DNA of 64,000 bases. Origin: Lama guanicoe (Eukaryota). Below the pieces are notes generated by a model. It did no database searches, was not told the DNA's origin, and worked only from the letters and a program-made list of their open reading frames with translations. The DNA lies in the NCBI GenBank assembly GCA_013239625.1, contig MU053933.1:2565026-2629025 (forward strand), read 5' to 3'. The translations under genes were made by a program, and so were the position numbers. This document shows positions 60,146 to 64,000 of the stretch, piece by piece; position 1 is the stretch's first letter, and every line of letters starts with the position of its first letter.

Positions 60146-61699
60146 CTTGCTACACTTATTTTAATTACTCCAAGTTGCATTTCACTAGAAAAGACATGTT
60201 TGCTAAAAGCAGCGCACGGACCTTACCGCCGTGCCACCTGCCGTGTCTTGTCCTGTGTGTGCGGAGTCTCTGGAGGAGGACCAAGTCACATGTTTGGACG
60301 GGTTCCTAGAAAGGAAAGTAATTCATTGCAAAGTATTATAAATTGAATGTCTTGAATATTTTAGTGATATTATGTTGTTTAGATAATTTTGGAAGGAAAA
60401 TGCAACTATGATATGCATTCCCTAAACGTGCATGGTAAAGTTGTTGAATTTCAGATTATTTTCCCTCAAATTATATTAGAATTTTATACTTCATTTACCT
60501 TTGTTAAATAATCCAATCGTTATTCGCTTTTTTTGCTGTAGCTGCAAAAGTCATCTAGCCTTTCGCAAGTTGCTTGATTTACATGAAGAATCAACAGAAA
60601 TAATCTTCATTTCAACACTTCTCTCTTTAAAAATTTGCAGTGTGTGGCTATTAAAACTGAAACGCGTAACAGTCATGAAGAACATGTAAAACTTCTCTGA
60701 AAACCGTCTTTCTTGGAAAGTAGAATAGAGTAAAACCAGTAATAATTGCTAGTGACTTTGTCAGGTTCGCTGCTTATCTGAAACATTTTTAATCTATAAA
60801 CTTCAGTGAATGTTTACAGACAGTGTTTTCCACCAGCACAATAGAGAATTCACGATCTGATGCATCTTTAATAGGAATCAGTTGTGTTCTTCCTGTTTGA
60901 TTCCAGAGTCCTTTGTTCTCACCGAGGGGAGGGGAGGAAGGGATGAGGCAAGGACACTGTCTGAAGCTGACAGGAACACTGTCCACAGAACGTGTGCACC
61001 TGTTTATACCCCGTCTTACAGCACGGGCGTCTACAAACGTGTGGGGAGTCACACAGCAGGTGGCCCACCGCCCACCCAGGGAGTGGCCGTTGCCAGTCGG
61101 GGTGCCCCTGGAAGTCAGAGCTGAGCAGCGGGGACTGGCGCTGCCGCCAGCTGAGCGGCACTGGGGGCCCTGCCTCCTCCTCTTGCGTGTGGCCATGCAC
61201 TGTCCAGTCCCACTTGTTAGAGAGTGTGTTTGCACGCACTGGTCTGGGGCGCCACCTCCCCCGAGCTGTGTGCTTCTGCCTGCGCCTGTCCTGCTCCGTC
61301 CACTGCTCCCGTGTCAGCGGAGGCGCCGCCGTTTCCAGGCGGGGGGCCAGTCCCACCTAACTGCTCCTTCAGTTCAGAGTCTTCACACCTGATCGTTTTC
61401 CCACATCAGCTTTACTGTCAGCTTGTCTGGTTCTATTTTAGAGAGAAGAGCTGGAACTGCGACTGGAACCGAAGCAAACCCAAACCCCAAGCCGTTTGGG
61501 GCCCAGTTTAAGGGTCTTTCACGCCTCCCTGCCTCAGGTTCAGCTCCCTGCCAAGCCTTAGAGGAGTCCTGGAAAACGAAGGCGTTACTTGAATGTCGCT
61601 GTCAAATAAAGCTTTCCTTTCATTGAGCATCCCTGCAATTTTGTGAGGGGTTTTGGAAGGAGTTTTAATTCTTCGGTGTTTGCAGTTCAGGCCGTTACG

Positions 61700-62500
61700 A
61701 GGCGCTTTTCAGAGAGAGAGAAAACCGGTGCCGTCGGATGCGCCGAAGGGCGCGCGGCACCTGCGCGCTCCGCTCGGAGCCCTGGTGCCCAGGCGGCAAC
61801 NNNNNNNNNNNNNNNNNNNNNNNNNNNNNNNNNNNNNNNNNNNNNNNNNNNNNNNNNNNNNNNNNNNNNNNNNNNNNNNNNNNNNNNNNNNNNNNNNNNN
61901 NNNNNNNNNNNNNNNNNNNNNNNNNNNNNNNNNNNNNNNNNNNNNNNNNNNNNNNNNNCTGCGGCGCTCGGGCCCGGCCCGCGGCGGCCGGCGTCTCAGC
62001 ACCGTCCCGCCAGGCACGCATCGCGGGCGCCTCCCGCCCCGCATAGACGCGCCGTTTTACTGTGAGGGAGGACGAGTGCCCGGAGCCGGAGCCGTAGGGG
62101 TGGCGCGGGGGGCCGCGCCCCCTGTCACGCCGGGCGTGGCTGTCGGCACCCGGGACCCAGGACGCCGCCGCCCCGGGGGCCCCGCCCCAGTCCCCGCCGC
62201 CACTCGTCTGCTCTCACTCAGTCTTCTGGTTTCAGGAACATCACACAGTTGACCGGTGACCGGTGCGGGGCTCAGGGTGCCGACCTCGGTGCCGTCAGCA
62301 CCCGGGGAGCCCAGGTGGGCCCCCGTGCCGGCACCGTGGGCGCGGCGGGCGGGCTCGGACGTGCCAGTGCTCGAGCCCTCCGCTGAGGGGAGCCACGCCT
62401 TCGGACCCACGGTGCCCACTTGACGTGAGCGGGCGGTGGCGCGTATCCTCGGGGGCCGGCCTTCCCCACTCGGCCTCCTTCCCTGGAGTCCGTCCGGGTC
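61700..62500. promoter_or_regulatory. CpG-island-like segment spanning the gap
   Basis: Very dense CpG ('gcggcgctcgggcccggcccgcggcggccggcg'). The right part overlaps an L1 relic. Function is unknown. Confidence 0.4.
61801..61958. other. Assembly gap (158 N)
   Basis: Run of n, flanked on both sides by extremely GC/CpG-rich sequence. Confidence 0.99.
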
Positions 62501-63480
62501 ACTGTCAGCAGTTAGTTCCTTTTCTTGTCCTGCAGCCGCTCCGCGTGTGGCCGGACCACGGCGCGTCCCGCCAGTCAGCCACCTGCTGAAGGGCGTCTGG
62601 GTGCCCGGTTTGGAGCTGTTACGGATAAAGTGGCTGTAACGTTCCTGCGCACGTTCTTTACATGAACGTGCGTCTTCGTTCCTTGGGGACGAGTGCCCGT
62701 TTTAGTTCTGAGAAGCCAGCAGACTGTGCCCTGCCCCCCCAGCAGTGTGAGTGACCCAGTGTGCGTCCTCGCCGGCGCTCGGTGTCGCCACCCTGGCCCG
62801 GCGGCGTTCTCCCAGGAGTGCGGTGGGGCCTCCCGTGGTCGTGGGTCCCAGCCCCCTGCGGGCCGGGGGCCCTGGCGTCGTGTCACGTGCTGGTTTCCGT
62901 CCGTGTGTTCTTTGGGCAAGCGTGTCTCAGTGTCCTTCCCCTACTTCCTGAGGGACGTTGTTTCCTGTTGAGCTGGAGAATGTCCCGTGTACTCTGTCGG
63001 GCCCGTGGCTGTCAGATGTTTGCTCCCGGTCTCTAGCTTCTTAGCAGGGTCTCTAGCAGAGCAAAGGTTTCAGTTTTGATGAGGTCCAGTTTATCATTTC
63101 TCCTCTTATGGGCTGAGCTTTTGGTGTCTAGTCTGCAAACTCTGCCTAGTCCTAGATTCCCCAGGGTTTTCCCGTGATCTTCGTTAAAGTCTTATGGTTC
63201 TGTGCCTAACGTGTGAGGCCACGGGCCCCTCCGAGTGGATCTCTGCGCGGGCTGTGAGATCTGATGCCCGGCTGCTCCAGCGGCTTGTGGACAAGACCGC
63301 CCTTCCCTAGTCCGTTGCTCCCGCGCCTCTGTCGCCGTTGGCTGTCTCCGGTCCTCCGCGCTGCTCCGTTGTGGCCTGCTCGTCTGCCCTCCCCGGGCCA
63401 CCCGCCTTGGCGACCGAGGCTGTAGAGTGAGTGTTGCCATCAGGGCCCGGCTCCGCCCCTTCTTTCTGTGACATCTGCTC
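62190..63480 (-). mobile_element. L1MB-type 3' region / ORF2 end, GC-shifted
   Basis: 'ccactcgtctgctctc', 'tttggagctgttacggataaagtggctgtaac', 'cagagcaaaggtttcagttttgatgaggtccagtttatcatt' and 'ttttggtgtctagtctg' are antisense L1MB motifs in the expected order. Confidence 0.75.
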
Positions 63481-64000
63481 TGGAACCTTCCTCAGGCGAT
63501 GCTGCCATCTCCAGGTGGGCATCTGTCTTCCTGTTTCATTCGGTTTAAGATCTTCTTGACTCTCAGGATGATGGATGATTTTTGGTGGAAACCTGGACAT
63601 GTTATTAGAGTCTGAATCTTACTTAAGCCCTCTGTTTCGGCTGACTTTCTCAGCAGGCGGAGGCAGGGAGTCTGGGCTCCCCACGTGACTGTGCTTTGCG
63701 AGTGGGAGGAAAGAGGTCCTCACAGCCCCGTGGGAGTGAGAGCCAGGGCCCCCACGTCCGTGCTGGGTGGAAGATGGGGTCTGCCGATTCCCTATCCCGC
63801 TGGGAGATCCCCTCTGACTCCCTGGGACAGAGAGAGCACTTCTGTCGGGGTTTTCTGGTCCATCCATTGGTGTTTCCAGGTAGCCGGCTTCTTCAGCTCC
63901 GAGTCTGGGATGGTGATGCAGAGGGAGGCTGCAGGGGACTCTCCGCCACGCGGCCTCAGTCCCTTCACCGCTCAGCGCCTCCCCGTGTGCGCTGTGCCTG

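Larger units (their letters stand above)
1..64000 (+). other. Probable intron(s) of a large unidentified mammalian (camelid) gene in a GC-rich, subtelomeric-type region
   Basis: No recognisable coding exon, and the window is a mosaic of ancient eutherian repeats and unique sequence. AT-rich patches are T-rich on +, most L1 fragments are antisense to +, and the best splice-site pairs lie on +. Strand and intronic status are inferred, not proven. Confidence 0.55.

Noticed and set aside
30-63867. Hundreds of 60-275 aa ORFs in the six-frame track (e.g. 33360-34169, 34926-35753, 46870-47553, 53224-53925)
   Set aside because: They are rich in Pro, Gly, Arg and Ala, overlap on both strands, and have no recognisable domains. 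This is expected from stop-codon scarcity in GC-rich mammalian non-coding DNA, and several lie within decayed repeats.
1-64000. Frequent CACGTG E-boxes and G-quadruplex-like G runs across the window
   Set aside because: These are expected from the high GC and CpG content, and I cannot show clustering beyond composition without computation.

Overview
This is mammalian genomic DNA, not microbial. It is most likely camelid (alpaca, vicuna or camel), because it carries two copies of a tRNA-derived SINE matching the camelid Vic-1 type, and I saw no Alu, B1/B2 or Bov-tA/BovB elements. The window is very GC- and CpG-rich, as subtelomeric regions typically are. It reads as intron of a large gene, probably transcribed on the + strand: AT-rich patches are T-skewed on +, and most L1 relics are antisense. 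I could not identify the host gene. No ORF in the track looks like a real host protein; the only recognisable peptides are decayed L1 ORF2 fragments. Supportable features are ancient repeats (L1M, L2, MIR, MLT1, MER63, MER91, MER58, MER33-like), two SINEs (one with a perfect 14-bp target-site duplication), simple and tandem repeats, CpG-island-like patches and a 158-N assembly gap. The most interesting signals are: (1) apparent AT-to-GC rewriting of old repeats, turning L1 relics into CpG-island-like sequence; (2) two 27-nt frame-preserving microexon candidates plus other exon-like cassettes; (3) an isolated 28-bp duplication 4.7 kb apart; and (4) AT-rich islands that may be constrained non-coding elements. 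I found no evidence of a novel protein-coding system. Repeat families were assigned by recalled consensus similarity, without a database search, and their boundaries are approximate.
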